DNA from: a virus | Direction: 5' to 3' (one strand) | Length of the DNA: 64,000 nucleotides | IMG/VR virus record: IMGVR_UViG_3300037470_000856 | Span: 1-64,000 of that record | Shown here: one piece after another, positions 10,501 to 18,476 of the stretch | Layout of the letters: every line of letters starts with the position of its first letter | Position numbering within the stretch: the first letter of the stretch is position 1 | Notes under the pieces: generated by a model | Database searches by the model: none | Seen by the model: the letters and a program-made list of their open reading frames with translations, nothing else | What the model was told of the DNA's origin: nothing | Translations under genes and position numbers: made by a program

Positions 10501-13500
10501 TCCTCTGAGGGGGATGCCACGTAGGAGAACGAGGCCACGAACCTCGGGTTCAGGATAAACGGGCCGAACTCGACCGGCGTGGTCGCCCGCTGGCGCGTGT
10601 GACGAAGGTAGAGGCTCTGCGTAGGAAGAAGTGACCCCTGCGGGGGATTGAGAAATTCGACGGCCCCATCGTCGAAGTTGAGTTCGTAGTCGATCGACGA
10701 CCGGAGCGTGCGCCCAGGAAGTAGATTGCCAGGAACATCTCTCTCTCCGAACAGGATCAGCTCAAAGGGCTCCTCGGTCGCGACGCCCCCGCGCCCGATG
10801 AACTGCGAGGGGGTGGGCTGGTACACAGGACGCACGCTGACCTTGACCGTGTCCTGACCGAAGGCGAACCCCCGGGGGAAGAAACTCGTGATGTCGATCT
10901 GCGTCCTGCTCCCGTCGACGAGCGTCACGCCCGAGATCACGAACGGCAACCCCCCGAGCTCAAGAAGATGTCCCGCGACGAGGAAGGATGTCAGGTCCGC
11001 GAGGAACTTGATGCTCTGGAATCCCTTGTTGACGGGCTCGTAGCGCGCGGTGATGTCGAGCCAGAGCCCCTCGTGAGCGTCCGGCGAAATGTCGGTCGAC
11101 AGCGGCACGTCGCTGAGGAGGGAGAGCGAGTCCCCTCCGGGATCGCGCGACCCGGCCTCGAGCTGCGTCTCGGGGATGAAGTCGACGATGGTGAGATCGG
11201 ACGCGGGGTCATAGATCGACGCGGTGAGGTAGAAGGGGAACTCGGCGACCCGCAGCAACTTGCCCGGCACCGTGTCGTCGGTCCGGTCCGTCTGGAGCGC
11301 GAAACTCGTCCGGTTCGTCTCGATCCGGAAGGGAGGACGGTACACGGGGGGCTGGCTCACCGTGTACGTCTGCTCGCCCCCGAACGCCTCGAAGACCGCG
11401 TAGGAGACGAGCACCTCACTGCCCACGTCCACCGGCTGCGCGAGGATGGCGACGTAGGTCTCCGAGTCGTTGTCGATCTCGAACGTGGCCGTGGGAGAGC
11501 TGCCGATGTTGTAGAGTGTTGACCCCACGTACAGCGCGACCTCGACGTCCTCGTCGACGGTGCGCTTCGTGGGATTGAACACCCACCGGGACGTCGTGCC
11601 CGACGCCTGGTTGTTCTCGGGAGTGGCCGCCTCGAGACGCACGAACAGGGGAAGCTGCTCCGTCACCTCTACGTCTTGGAGTCCCTCGTCGAGGTTCTCG
11701 GGATCGACAGGCACCTTGAGTTTCTCGCCCGTGCCATTCTCGGCCTGGAAATAGTGTGTCTCGACGACCTGAAACTCGCGCAGGGGCTTCGTGAACGCGA
11801 AGGACCCCTGGATCGGATTCAGCGTCACGTCCTGGCCCGACGTCTCCGTGTTCATCTCCTCGACGAGGTACACCTTGGTGCCCCCGAAGTTGGCCATATC
11901 GAGTGCGTTGAAGTTGAGTTTGCCGTCGTCCGGGTCGTACTCGACCTTGCCCGACGGGAGCGAGATGGGACTCAGGTTCGGCGTCAGGAACTCCTCGATG
12001 TAGAGAGCACTCTGGCCGTCGAACTGAACGAAGACGTCGGTCCCGAAGTTGAGCAGACCCGTCACGTCCTGCACCTCGATGACGTCTCCGACGAGCGGGA
12101 ACGTCAGGGCGCCGGCGATCTTGACGAGGTTGCCGTCTGTGAAGGTGTACGTCTTGTCGCCGACGCGGATCGAGAAGTCCTCGTTCACGAACCGCTCCGA
12201 CGCCGGGGCGGGCACCTCCAGGGCGGAGTGGACAATCTCGCCGAGTTCCTCCTGCTCGAGGGCCACGAGTTCCGCCGTCTGGCTGTTCGGCTCGAGCCCG
12301 TAGCGCACGCTGATCACGCGCCCGCTCTGGAGCGCGTCTCCGAGATCGGCCATGAGACGACCGGAGTTCTGCGCCGCCTGGTCGGCCGGGACGTCGCCGA
12401 GGGGGCTGAGCACGCGAACCTGCCACGGGTCCTGGGGCAGGTGCTGGAACTGCACGTACTGCGTGTCGGCGACGATGCCGGGGTCGAACTCCGCCGTCGT
12501 CACGCCGTCGTAGAGTTCCCAGGGCACCGGGCCGTCCGAGACCGGGAAGGGCTGCTTGACCTCAAGCTCGTTGGGCAGTGTGGCGTCGACCGCGACGATG
12601 TACGTCCCCTGCGCGTTCCCCTGCGTGACCTTGAGTTGCCACCCGGCTTTGACCCCGAGCACCACAAAGTCGATGTCGGCCGAGTCATCCGTGAAGATCG
12701 TGCTCCCGGCCGAGCATGTCCCGCGGCCACCAAGCTGCTTGAGTGCCCCGACGGTGTCGATCAGCAGAGCGATGCCGGGATCGCCGTTGTCGGGCAGGAT
12801 GTAGTCCTCGTCGAGAATCTGGTCCTTGAGCGGCGAGCCAGCGGTCGAGAGGCGCAGTCCGTTGCCGGGAAGGCGCAGCGAGTTCTTGATGACCTGACCC
12901 TGGCCGACGAACAGATTGTTCGTCGGCTGCTCGACCGTCGCATTCTTCGTGTGCTTGAAGGCCCACGAGAATTTCTCGAGACCGAACTCGTAGTAGACCT
13001 CCTCGTAGTTCTCGAGGTTGAAGCTGACGAGGCCGTCCTGGATACGGAAGAAGATCCCCTCGTCGTATCCGGCCCGATCCTCGAGCGGCGGCCGGTCGAG
13101 CAGAACGACGGGCGACTGAGAGATGGACGGCGTCAGCACGACGTTGTCGAACGTCCCGACGTGCCTGACGTCCGGGATGTCGTTCTTGCTGCCGTCGAGG
13201 TTGTACGGGCTTCGGAACACGCCGACCGAGCTCCCGTTGTCCGGGAGCCATCTCAGGTCTGGAGGTGGGTTGGCCTCGTTCGGCGTAGCGATGCGGACCT
13301 TCCAGCCCGGCAGGAAGCCGAGGGCGGCCGGACCGGAGAGATCCTTCGTGCCCCCGGGGCCGTATCCAATCTCGATGTCTCCGTACCGACGCCCGTTGAC
13401 GACAGTCGTGGCCGCAATGAAGACGCGGCCCCCCGCGGCGCCCACCTCGGCGCCGGTGACTGCCCCGAGACTCGTGGCGATCTCCTCAGCCGAAAAGGTC

Positions 13501-15452
13501 CCTCCGGCCGACGTGGCCACGCCTCCGGGATCCAGGGCGGCGTCCCACGTCGAGACTGCTCCGTCTACCGAGAACACGAGAACCTCGTTGCCCTCAAGGA
13601 CAAACTCGTCTCGCACGCGCGCCCACATCCGAGCCTCGTTGGCGAAAACCGACGGCTGGATGCCGGACTGGAGGAAGTACATCGATTTGCCGTCGAAGCG
13701 GCGCAGGTCCTGACGTCCCAGGATGATCTCGGAGCCACCAGAGCCGGAGCGCAGGTCGACGTAAGCGACGCCTCGCGGGATCTTGAACCGGAACCTCGGA
13801 CGCTCGTCGTCGTCGTCGAAGGTGCGGATGCTGCGAATCTGCCCATTGTCCGCGAACAGCACGAGGTCCCACGGGCCGTCGATCTGGCGCAGGAGACCCG
13901 AGCCGTTGCCAGGCCGGATGTTGGCCGGGACGGTCGTGTTCGGGATGGTGCCCGTGCCGTCCGGATGGTGGAGGACGCCCGAAACGCCCGGCGTGGGGAG
14001 GGGGGCGGCGTCCGGGAGGTAAATACTGTGGTTCTTGCCGTCGACCACCGTCGGGTCGCCGCCGGAGTTCACAATCTGCACAGGTTGACGCGTCGGGACG
14101 GGCCGTTGCGTGAGGCTCACCCCGTCGTAGAACACCTGCGCCCCGAGGTAGTTGCGATCGAACCCGACGTCGTCGGGGTCAGCCTTGGCCAAGTCGGCGT
14201 CGGAGAACTTGAGGCGCCCGGTCGACAGCGCGATGCCGACCTGTCCCTCCCCAAGCACCAACGTGGCGAGAAGCGCCTCCGTGTCGGCGAAGCGGACCTC
14301 AAGCGGCTGCCTCGATCCGATCCTGACGAACGGATAATCGGTGGGCCCCGGGATGGGCGCAAGGAACAGCAGGTCGAGGTTCGCGTTCTCGAGGTCGCCG
14401 AGCGGCTCGATGTCCACCTGGTCGACGAAACTCTGGTACGAGTAGAAGATAGTCTGGCCGGCGTACTCGTCGACGAACGCCGGGTTCCACACGAGCTGCC
14501 CGGACTCCTGCCCGACGACGCCGGCCAAGGTGGGCTCGGCGCCGAAGTCGAACTCCTCCGCCTCGTCGTCCGTCACGACCTTAATACCTCCAAAGTCGGA
14601 GGCGGCGACGGGCTCGGCCACGGGGATCGACGCGGCGTCGGGCCGCGTGCCGATGCGCACCATGCAGTACTGGTCGGGATCGGCGCTGTTGCCGGGCAGA
14701 AAGTCCCCGTTGTTGACGCGTTGAGGGGCTGGCGAGAGGACGTAGCTCTCGTCCTTGAGCAGCGTGCCGAGATCACGGGGAGGTGTTCCTCGGAGAGGCA
14801 CCCACCGCTGGAGGCGACCGTTCCAGACGAAGCGAGTGTCGTAGAGATCATTCTTCGTCCACCAGAAGGTGGGCGGCTCGAGCAGGTACCGGAGAGTCGT
14901 CGCACGGTCGCCCCGGATGCTCGAGACTCCTCCTCCGAGCGCGGCGATCGTCGCGGGATCCGTGATGGTGAAGGCCCCCGTGACGGGGTTCCACTCGCCG
15001 TGCCCGTCGAGTTGAACCACGGCGCCGGAGTCCCCGCGCACGACGTCGAGGTTCGTGATCTCCCGGATGCTGCGGTCGGCGTCGTCGACGATGATCACGC
15101 GGTTCGACCCGGTGGTCCCCGCGAAGATAGTGTTTGTGTTCTCGACGGGCGTGTCGCCCGTGGGGAAGGTCGCGGTGCCGTCGGCGACGACGAAGTCTCC
15201 GACGTCGCTCAGGTTGGCCGTGTTGGCGGCCCAGACCAGGTACTGCGTCTCTCCGTCGTTGGCACGCAGGAGCACCGCCGAGCGGTACTGGTCGGCCGCC
15301 ACCTCGACGAGCTCGGGGGACGGGATGGAGTAGTCGGTGGACAGAGGCTTGAAGTCCCTGTCCACGCCATCGGATGCCTCATCCGTCGTCGTGAAGTTCG
15401 ATGGAGCGGTCCTCGGCGCTCGCAGCACAAAACCTGAGAAGTCGAATCCCAT
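4524..15452 (-). CDS. Giant virion structural protein (3642 aa), probable baseplate/fibre component
   Basis: 10.9-kb ORF downstream of the spike gene. Acidic and beta-rich, with recurring modules (GVKAGWQLKV..GTYIV; VVAGDVLVI..GTYLV; GVQEGDIVLI..GWYRV). Confidence 0.7.
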   Translation of the reverse strand: MGFDFSGFVLRAPRTAPSNFTTTDEASDGVDRDFKPLSTDYSIPSPELVEVAADQYRSAVLLRANDGETQYLVWAANTANLSDVGDFVVADGTATFPTGDTPVENTNTIFAGTTGSNRVIIVDDADRSIREITNLDVVRGDSGAVVQLDGHGEWNPVTGAFTITDPATIAALGGGVSSIRGDRATTLRYLLEPPTFWWTKNDLYDTRFVWNGRLQRWVPLRGTPPRDLGTLLKDESYVLSPAPQRVNNGDFLPGNSADPDQYCMVRIGTRPDAASIPVAEPVAASDFGGIKVVTDDEAEEFDFGAEPTLAGVVGQESGQLVWNPAFVDEYAGQTIFYSYQSFVDQVDIEPLGDLENANLDLLFLAPIPGPTDYPFVRIGSRQPLEVRFADTEALLATLVLGEGQVGIALSTGRLKFSDADLAKADPDDVGFDRNYLGAQVFYDGVSLTQRPVPTRQPVQIVNSGGDPTVVDGKNHSIYLPDAAPLPTPGVSGVLHHPDGTGTIPNTTVPANIRPGNGSGLLRQIDGPWDLVLFADNGQIRSIRTFDDDDERPRFRFKIPRGVAYVDLRSGSGGSEIILGRQDLRRFDGKSMYFLQSGIQPSVFANEARMWARVRDEFVLEGNEVLVFSVDGAVSTWDAALDPGGVATSAGGTFSAEEIATSLGAVTGAEVGAAGGRVFIAATTVVNGRRYGDIEIGYGPGGTKDLSGPAALGFLPGWKVRIATPNEANPPPDLRWLPDNGSSVGVFRSPYNLDGSKNDIPDVRHVGTFDNVVLTPSISQSPVVLLDRPPLEDRAGYDEGIFFRIQDGLVSFNLENYEEVYYEFGLEKFSWAFKHTKNATVEQPTNNLFVGQGQVIKNSLRLPGNGLRLSTAGSPLKDQILDEDYILPDNGDPGIALLIDTVGALKQLGGRGTCSAGSTIFTDDSADIDFVVLGVKAGWQLKVTQGNAQGTYIVAVDATLPNELEVKQPFPVSDGPVPWELYDGVTTAEFDPGIVADTQYVQFQHLPQDPWQVRVLSPLGDVPADQAAQNSGRLMADLGDALQSGRVISVRYGLEPNSQTAELVALEQEELGEIVHSALEVPAPASERFVNEDFSIRVGDKTYTFTDGNLVKIAGALTFPLVGDVIEVQDVTGLLNFGTDVFVQFDGQSALYIEEFLTPNLSPISLPSGKVEYDPDDGKLNFNALDMANFGGTKVYLVEEMNTETSGQDVTLNPIQGSFAFTKPLREFQVVETHYFQAENGTGEKLKVPVDPENLDEGLQDVEVTEQLPLFVRLEAATPENNQASGTTSRWVFNPTKRTVDEDVEVALYVGSTLYNIGSSPTATFEIDNDSETYVAILAQPVDVGSEVLVSYAVFEAFGGEQTYTVSQPPVYRPPFRIETNRTSFALQTDRTDDTVPGKLLRVAEFPFYLTASIYDPASDLTIVDFIPETQLEAGSRDPGGDSLSLLSDVPLSTDISPDAHEGLWLDITARYEPVNKGFQSIKFLADLTSFLVAGHLLELGGLPFVISGVTLVDGSRTQIDITSFFPRGFAFGQDTVKVSVRPVYQPTPSQFIGRGGVATEEPFELILFGERDVPGNLLPGRTLRSSIDYELNFDDGAVEFLNPPQGSLLPTQSLYLRHTRQRATTPVEFGPFILNPRFVASFSYVASPSEENGRLGQILLGTYTFSNPDTFFYRTLPLLSYLGEVANEVAQGVAAQLPSLGPAPAVIPPVENANQGRLGLKSQRRDLEDQDRAARVFLEFYNEAIVAFEQITETLSGNIIGDRDGKFQFLVGKGKEVTPPGYEDQITGELNARNLFSEVFFGYNPKVTFLTRDFLVDPTDFTVVNDQLEGPFLDPDFLADLQALQRGFALNDVDDIVLYSRTRKRLRLFPLRLESLGKYRCLGEPSPFSRIFPELAEYFTLTDPGIGADLEAVPVNPGVYAFRKKIKRLSIKGSGGQFKTELPKRASTFFKGIADVGNPVLGQVENIGSVTVRNRLPRARIFAFSPTGFPEFDDIPFVGTDFGANPRPAVIATPLPLQDLPIGKKGLPDVFQFAAQGGEVIDLTTGDPDLFTPAWQVTDARVNRRPKITFGRPDGRILDVQTSESVSFDFPSSAVGIGDPETFTVGKSVFVGEVLLGCIITFAREDSNPVSLDLITSINDLLEVSEDSAVADGSIKLFRGDTIFVTPTDAEVNPGADPDEPSTKSDTEAQLEGLPNYRVGFDVGVDRPDGELRDITFPSFKDPSIFGIKELLGQKPPSPLSNVEGIVTFRNGFTEPAPIPALTGGFTNDSGDYSLPYLYAQNTEIDQLGIVAGAFNDLFADSLVPNAVYPDEIQGTDGEIEGTLSGNNLPAAINTDLDVWPVNTAGGYTPHSGFGDVRVFDVLFVETGQSGLGLPAGSQGILSVGYVEGDASGSVIEPPRFITPTAFADTMRYVMRTAMSFVNQPVLANPPGMLVREIAGPVTQFDITQISTGILVFNDGTPAGVVGGLNNLITLGSGNVVTINLWTAPDLGSPVPVVIDTIILDFGANTATSGTGASAITAASADDNILSISTVGSFVVIGFLPPPVLPEDGANPGDTIPLWFTIDVDTSAGASMTAFVQADRLTFSEGLDLRSILPRTEPAVAGVPVFTELSVTEIQSKTTTNNTVNAPASVNGGSPFTFLARSDVYPFIGTFDSAVTGGSGQGTVRVMGFEGAGNTPITTSSPITFSAIPSSRFGEDQAIVIAEGTGVAGVTTERNNRISSDGATLLSVTGQGFEAVVAGDVLVILGSDDVSPKGAVTAGTYLVKHTVEPNEASTQRRDLSLVQETLPSNTPGWADVQFPSLVLANVNGGGAVEISNTVLVDGTSAWDAAGGVIYFIAQPDPAAGDYMTANYKITYTAVNIATNTFNVNALSVEDFSGASASADVIDTLPAGTLVSGFYRFDITMENAADEKLPHNCVGAVDLVPTPIGGFNGVAVSGPGGAIAWDLAGGTLVAGVPGVDQLGVFVATSISNTAFDPNPDAYVYNDIAQFMQIDQTDPGNTDWDTIHAVAGLYALMPGDSLITITGGLLSGFHAQAGIFLEPSWPKPVLDLSGGAERVVDSSNSVAAADIGFRDPTSFGEVADEPVTWEVRRIRRFHDVLQGIGELLGPLRYVYQKRTGVVSAFGPAPVGPDAFVYPYVVTANDATNLGPFNDNLVNVNPGDFFRLLDDEGNLLDEIEIAGIESGTQIWLKEPGITKVDAADVPGLDFEIYLRQIPVPHEQSNEQLFTQIVDQVLLEREADYSTQDGGFVPSEVTPTDPRRLKDTDGDINFSALGVQEGDIVLIDSAGLVQGPTGVPATGQEQGTRPFGDRSVPNRTVATAGQDVPFIGGAPSELDDNRGWYRVTEVAGDAVTVSSQTEYSADPGAGNVTFGVDAEYTVYPTVSASTAPFADPPGGPGVEGQMDLRPTSFAGENGSASNSFLGNLLSIAPVSYTIFRPSALFSEDAVDLVLLMRERTLSFLEEFEVFFREDKYGSYFVFQRDEHISDLGNPLIPDEGKGVMSNELVDGVRGLVAISPFANTTDSLSVLDRRFWVLDTRLDSEFPVGSPPGTPSYSTLETNVNNPAAEEGDGRPVLIDRIADVLDNDDQFREQRFAWLDFRVNREDGTLEQIRRFDRELPKKRREELRQLRLSQSIGDAG

Positions 15453-15459
15453 GGGCCTT

Positions 15460-16044
15460 TCAAAATACCAGCGAAATGCTCGTGCTCACGGCGGGGACGG
15501 GGGACGGAGATCCGGTGATTCCGCCGAATCCGAAGCCCGTCTGCACGAGATTCGCGATGCCGATCCCGAGCCCCGACGCAAGTCGGGGAGCCTGCTGCCC
15601 GTTGACCTGAGCGGCTTGGAGGTTGGTGAGCAGGATGCCCACCAGGGTGGCCGAGTTGGAGCGCCTCACCTTGGACGTGTCTGCTCCGACGCCGACACCG
15701 GCGGAGGTGCCCGAGTACTGGAGAGAGGAATTGAGGACGGACGCGACGCCAGATCCGACGGCGGTCCCGAGCCCCTGGGCAGAGGGCCCGTTGATTCCCA
15801 CCTGGTTGAGACCCGCCACGACGAGGGCAGCCCCGTTGAGGACGAACAGCTTGCCCTGCACGGTGCCCGCTCCCGCCACTCCGACGCAGGCCCCCTGCGC
15901 GAGCACGTTCGTCGGAATCGGCAACCACTGCGGGAGCGACTTGCCCACGGCCGACGCGATCCGGGGAAGGTTCTGCGACCCGGGGAAGATTGCCTGTCCG
16001 GCCGCGATGATGGCCGAAGTCAGGGCTGCGCTTACGACTGCCAT
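15460..16044 (-). CDS. Gly/Ala-rich protein (194 aa), candidate spike-tip or membrane-contact protein
   Basis: Coupled to the spike gene. Two internal repeats with glycine-zipper-like helices. No PAAR motif. Confidence 0.5.
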   Translation of the reverse strand: MAVVSAALTSAIIAAGQAIFPGSQNLPRIASAVGKSLPQWLPIPTNVLAQGACVGVAGAGTVQGKLFVLNGAALVVAGLNQVGINGPSAQGLGTAVGSGVASVLNSSLQYSGTSAGVGVGADTSKVRRSNSATLVGILLTNLQAAQVNGQQAPRLASGLGIGIANLVQTGFGFGGITGSPSPVPAVSTSISLVF

Positions 16045-18473
16045 CAGATAGGTATCCCGAGTCGGTGTCCGAAGCTGCCCATCCCGAAGAACGAGAAGGG
16101 CAGGTTGGTGAGGGGATCGCGGTCGGCGCTGCTGATGATGCGGCCCACGTTGCCGGTGCCCCCGAGGGTGGTGATGAGGCCCGACAGTTTTGCCTGGCCC
16201 ACGGACTTGAGCGTGATGGTGGCGAGGGCCGAGACCGTGGTGGCGAGCGTGGACGTCATGCTCGTCGTAGTGACCGACGTCATGCTGATGCCAGATCCCG
16301 TGTTGACGGAGATCTGGTTGAGGCCCGCGCGCACGGTCGCCGTGCCGAGGCGCGTCTCGTAGGTCATGTTACCCACGAGGATCGTCGTCGAATGGCTCCC
16401 GATGCGAATCTCCTCGTCGCGGTTGCCGAAGAGCATCGTGTACTTGTCGGTCGCGCCGCCCGCGTGGCCGGTAAGGGGCGTAGCAATGAACTTGACCTCG
16501 CGCAGGGGCGCGTTGGTGGGGAGGGAGTGCTTGGGCCCCGAGAACGCGCTGACCTCCTTGCCCTGCACGGTCTTGTCGACCGTGTTGCACTGGAGGAGCC
16601 ACTTATCCGTGAACGTGTTCACGTTCTGCTTGGCCGAGAGCAGCACCTCGTTCGTGTCGACGAGCTGGATGCCGTTAGCCCCCGAGATCTTGGTGAAGCG
16701 CCCCGACTTGATGTGCGTGTTGCCCGAGGGCGACTCGACGAGGACGGAGGGCAGGTTGTTCTCTTGGAGATCCTTGCTCGGCGTGCGCGCCGAGAAGCTT
16801 CCCTGCGTGGTGGGAGCGTTGCCGCGGATCGCCACGGCGCCCGTGTCGGAGGTGATCACAGCCGCAAAGTTGTTCGTCGCGTCGCCGCCCCTGAAGTTCA
16901 GGACTGTGTTCGGGGCGTCGAACACCATCGGCCCGTTCGACTGGATCCGCATCCCTCCGTTGAGCGCGAGCTCGATGGAATTCTCGTGCTCAGGACCTCC
17001 GACGAAACCTCGAATGGCCCCGGCCTTCGTCGTCGCCAGGAACATCGTGGGGAGTCGTGCAGGGTTCTCGAGCGGAGGCTGGAGTTGAAACAGGCTCGCC
17101 GCGTGCTGCTCGAGCGGGAGACCGATCCCCGATTCGAGCCGAGGCTGGAGTTTGTCCCCCTCAAACACGATCGGGGCGAGTGGCAGCCCATACTGCTCGC
17201 GCCCGGTACGGGTGAAGGCGTCGTTGCCCACAACGGAGCCGAGCACCCACGTCAGGAAGGGACCGGCGTTCGCCATGACGCCCGACTGCACCGGGTCGGA
17301 GGGGAGACGGTCCGCGTCGAAGCCGTCCGTCTGCTCCGTGACGGGCAGGCGCCCGTCCCAGGTGTGGTCCATCTCGATGCGGTACTCGGTCAACGTGTCG
17401 GAGTCCGTGACCTCCTCGCCGATCGCCCCGTTCGTCGGCGGGGAGAGATTCTCGGGGTTGGGGTCGATCGAGACGCGGAAGATAGGCTTCCCGGCGTACT
17501 CAGCGTCGGACACCACCCTCGCCGGGTCGAGCGCGTAGCCGTCGGGGCCGATGAGAAGTCCTCGCTGGAGGAAGGAATACGGGTCGACGTTCGCCTGGAC
17601 CCCGATGCCGCTGTCCGGGAAAGGCAGCGACGCGTCGGACCGCATGAAGACCTTGTGCGGGGTGAGGGCCCCGGTGGGGACGGACGAGCTGCCGAGCCGC
17701 GACGACGACAGAGGGTCGCCGTTGTCGTCCTGCTGGACCCCCGCGGTCCAGTCGATCCCGTCACTGAACATGCGCGTCGGGAGGTAGACCGCGTCGCGCT
17801 GCACCATCCCCGCGTAGATCCGCGCGCCGCCCGTCGCGTGGAACTGCTGCAGCGATCGGAAGATGATGGCCTGGTCGGAGTCGCGGAGTTTGATCTCGTT
17901 GGCGCGGCGGTTCGTGATGTAGACGTTCTCGTCGAGGTGAATGTCGGATCCCTGGCTCGAGCTCAGGCAGATGCACCCGGGCCGCATGAAGGGCATCTTG
18001 TGCCGATAGCGGCCGTAGATGCCCTCGAAGTGCGCGCGCGTCCTCGGATTCATGTCCGCCTCCGTCGGAAGAAACGACTGGAGGGGGAGCCACTCGTTGC
18101 CCGAGCCGACGCCGGTAGGGATCCATGTCAGGATGACGGGGTACTTGCTCTCGGCCGCCATCCACCCGACGATGCAGACGTCTCCAGGCTCGGGCATCGC
18201 TCCGATGAAGTGCCGCGACCCGGCGGCCGCGTAGGTATTCGTCGCGGTCCACTCGAACGTGTCGCGCTCGCCCGTGAAGATCTGCATCTGAATCTCGTGC
18301 TTCACGTAGTCCACGCGGACGACGCGGGCCATCGAAAGCGCGTAGGCTGCTGGCCCCGTGCTCGGATCCTGCTCCTTGACGCGGTGCTCGGGCGAAACCT
18401 TCTGCCTGACGGCCATGTCGGGCATGTGGCCGCTGCCCTGGAACATCAAGGGAGTCTTCGGTGTGCGCGCCAC
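16044..18473 (-). CDS. Baseplate central spike protein (gp5/gpV-like, 809 aa)
   Basis: N-terminal OB-fold-like signature (ARVVRVDY...MPEPGDVCIVGW) and C-terminal Ser/Thr-rich beta-helix-like strands. Follows the hub gene. Confidence 0.7.
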   Translation of the reverse strand: MARTPKTPLMFQGSGHMPDMAVRQKVSPEHRVKEQDPSTGPAAYALSMARVVRVDYVKHEIQMQIFTGERDTFEWTATNTYAAAGSRHFIGAMPEPGDVCIVGWMAAESKYPVILTWIPTGVGSGNEWLPLQSFLPTEADMNPRTRAHFEGIYGRYRHKMPFMRPGCICLSSSQGSDIHLDENVYITNRRANEIKLRDSDQAIIFRSLQQFHATGGARIYAGMVQRDAVYLPTRMFSDGIDWTAGVQQDDNGDPLSSSRLGSSSVPTGALTPHKVFMRSDASLPFPDSGIGVQANVDPYSFLQRGLLIGPDGYALDPARVVSDAEYAGKPIFRVSIDPNPENLSPPTNGAIGEEVTDSDTLTEYRIEMDHTWDGRLPVTEQTDGFDADRLPSDPVQSGVMANAGPFLTWVLGSVVGNDAFTRTGREQYGLPLAPIVFEGDKLQPRLESGIGLPLEQHAASLFQLQPPLENPARLPTMFLATTKAGAIRGFVGGPEHENSIELALNGGMRIQSNGPMVFDAPNTVLNFRGGDATNNFAAVITSDTGAVAIRGNAPTTQGSFSARTPSKDLQENNLPSVLVESPSGNTHIKSGRFTKISGANGIQLVDTNEVLLSAKQNVNTFTDKWLLQCNTVDKTVQGKEVSAFSGPKHSLPTNAPLREVKFIATPLTGHAGGATDKYTMLFGNRDEEIRIGSHSTTILVGNMTYETRLGTATVRAGLNQISVNTGSGISMTSVTTTSMTSTLATTVSALATITLKSVGQAKLSGLITTLGGTGNVGRIISSADRDPLTNLPFSFFGMGSFGHRLGIPI

Positions 18474-18476
18474 GGC

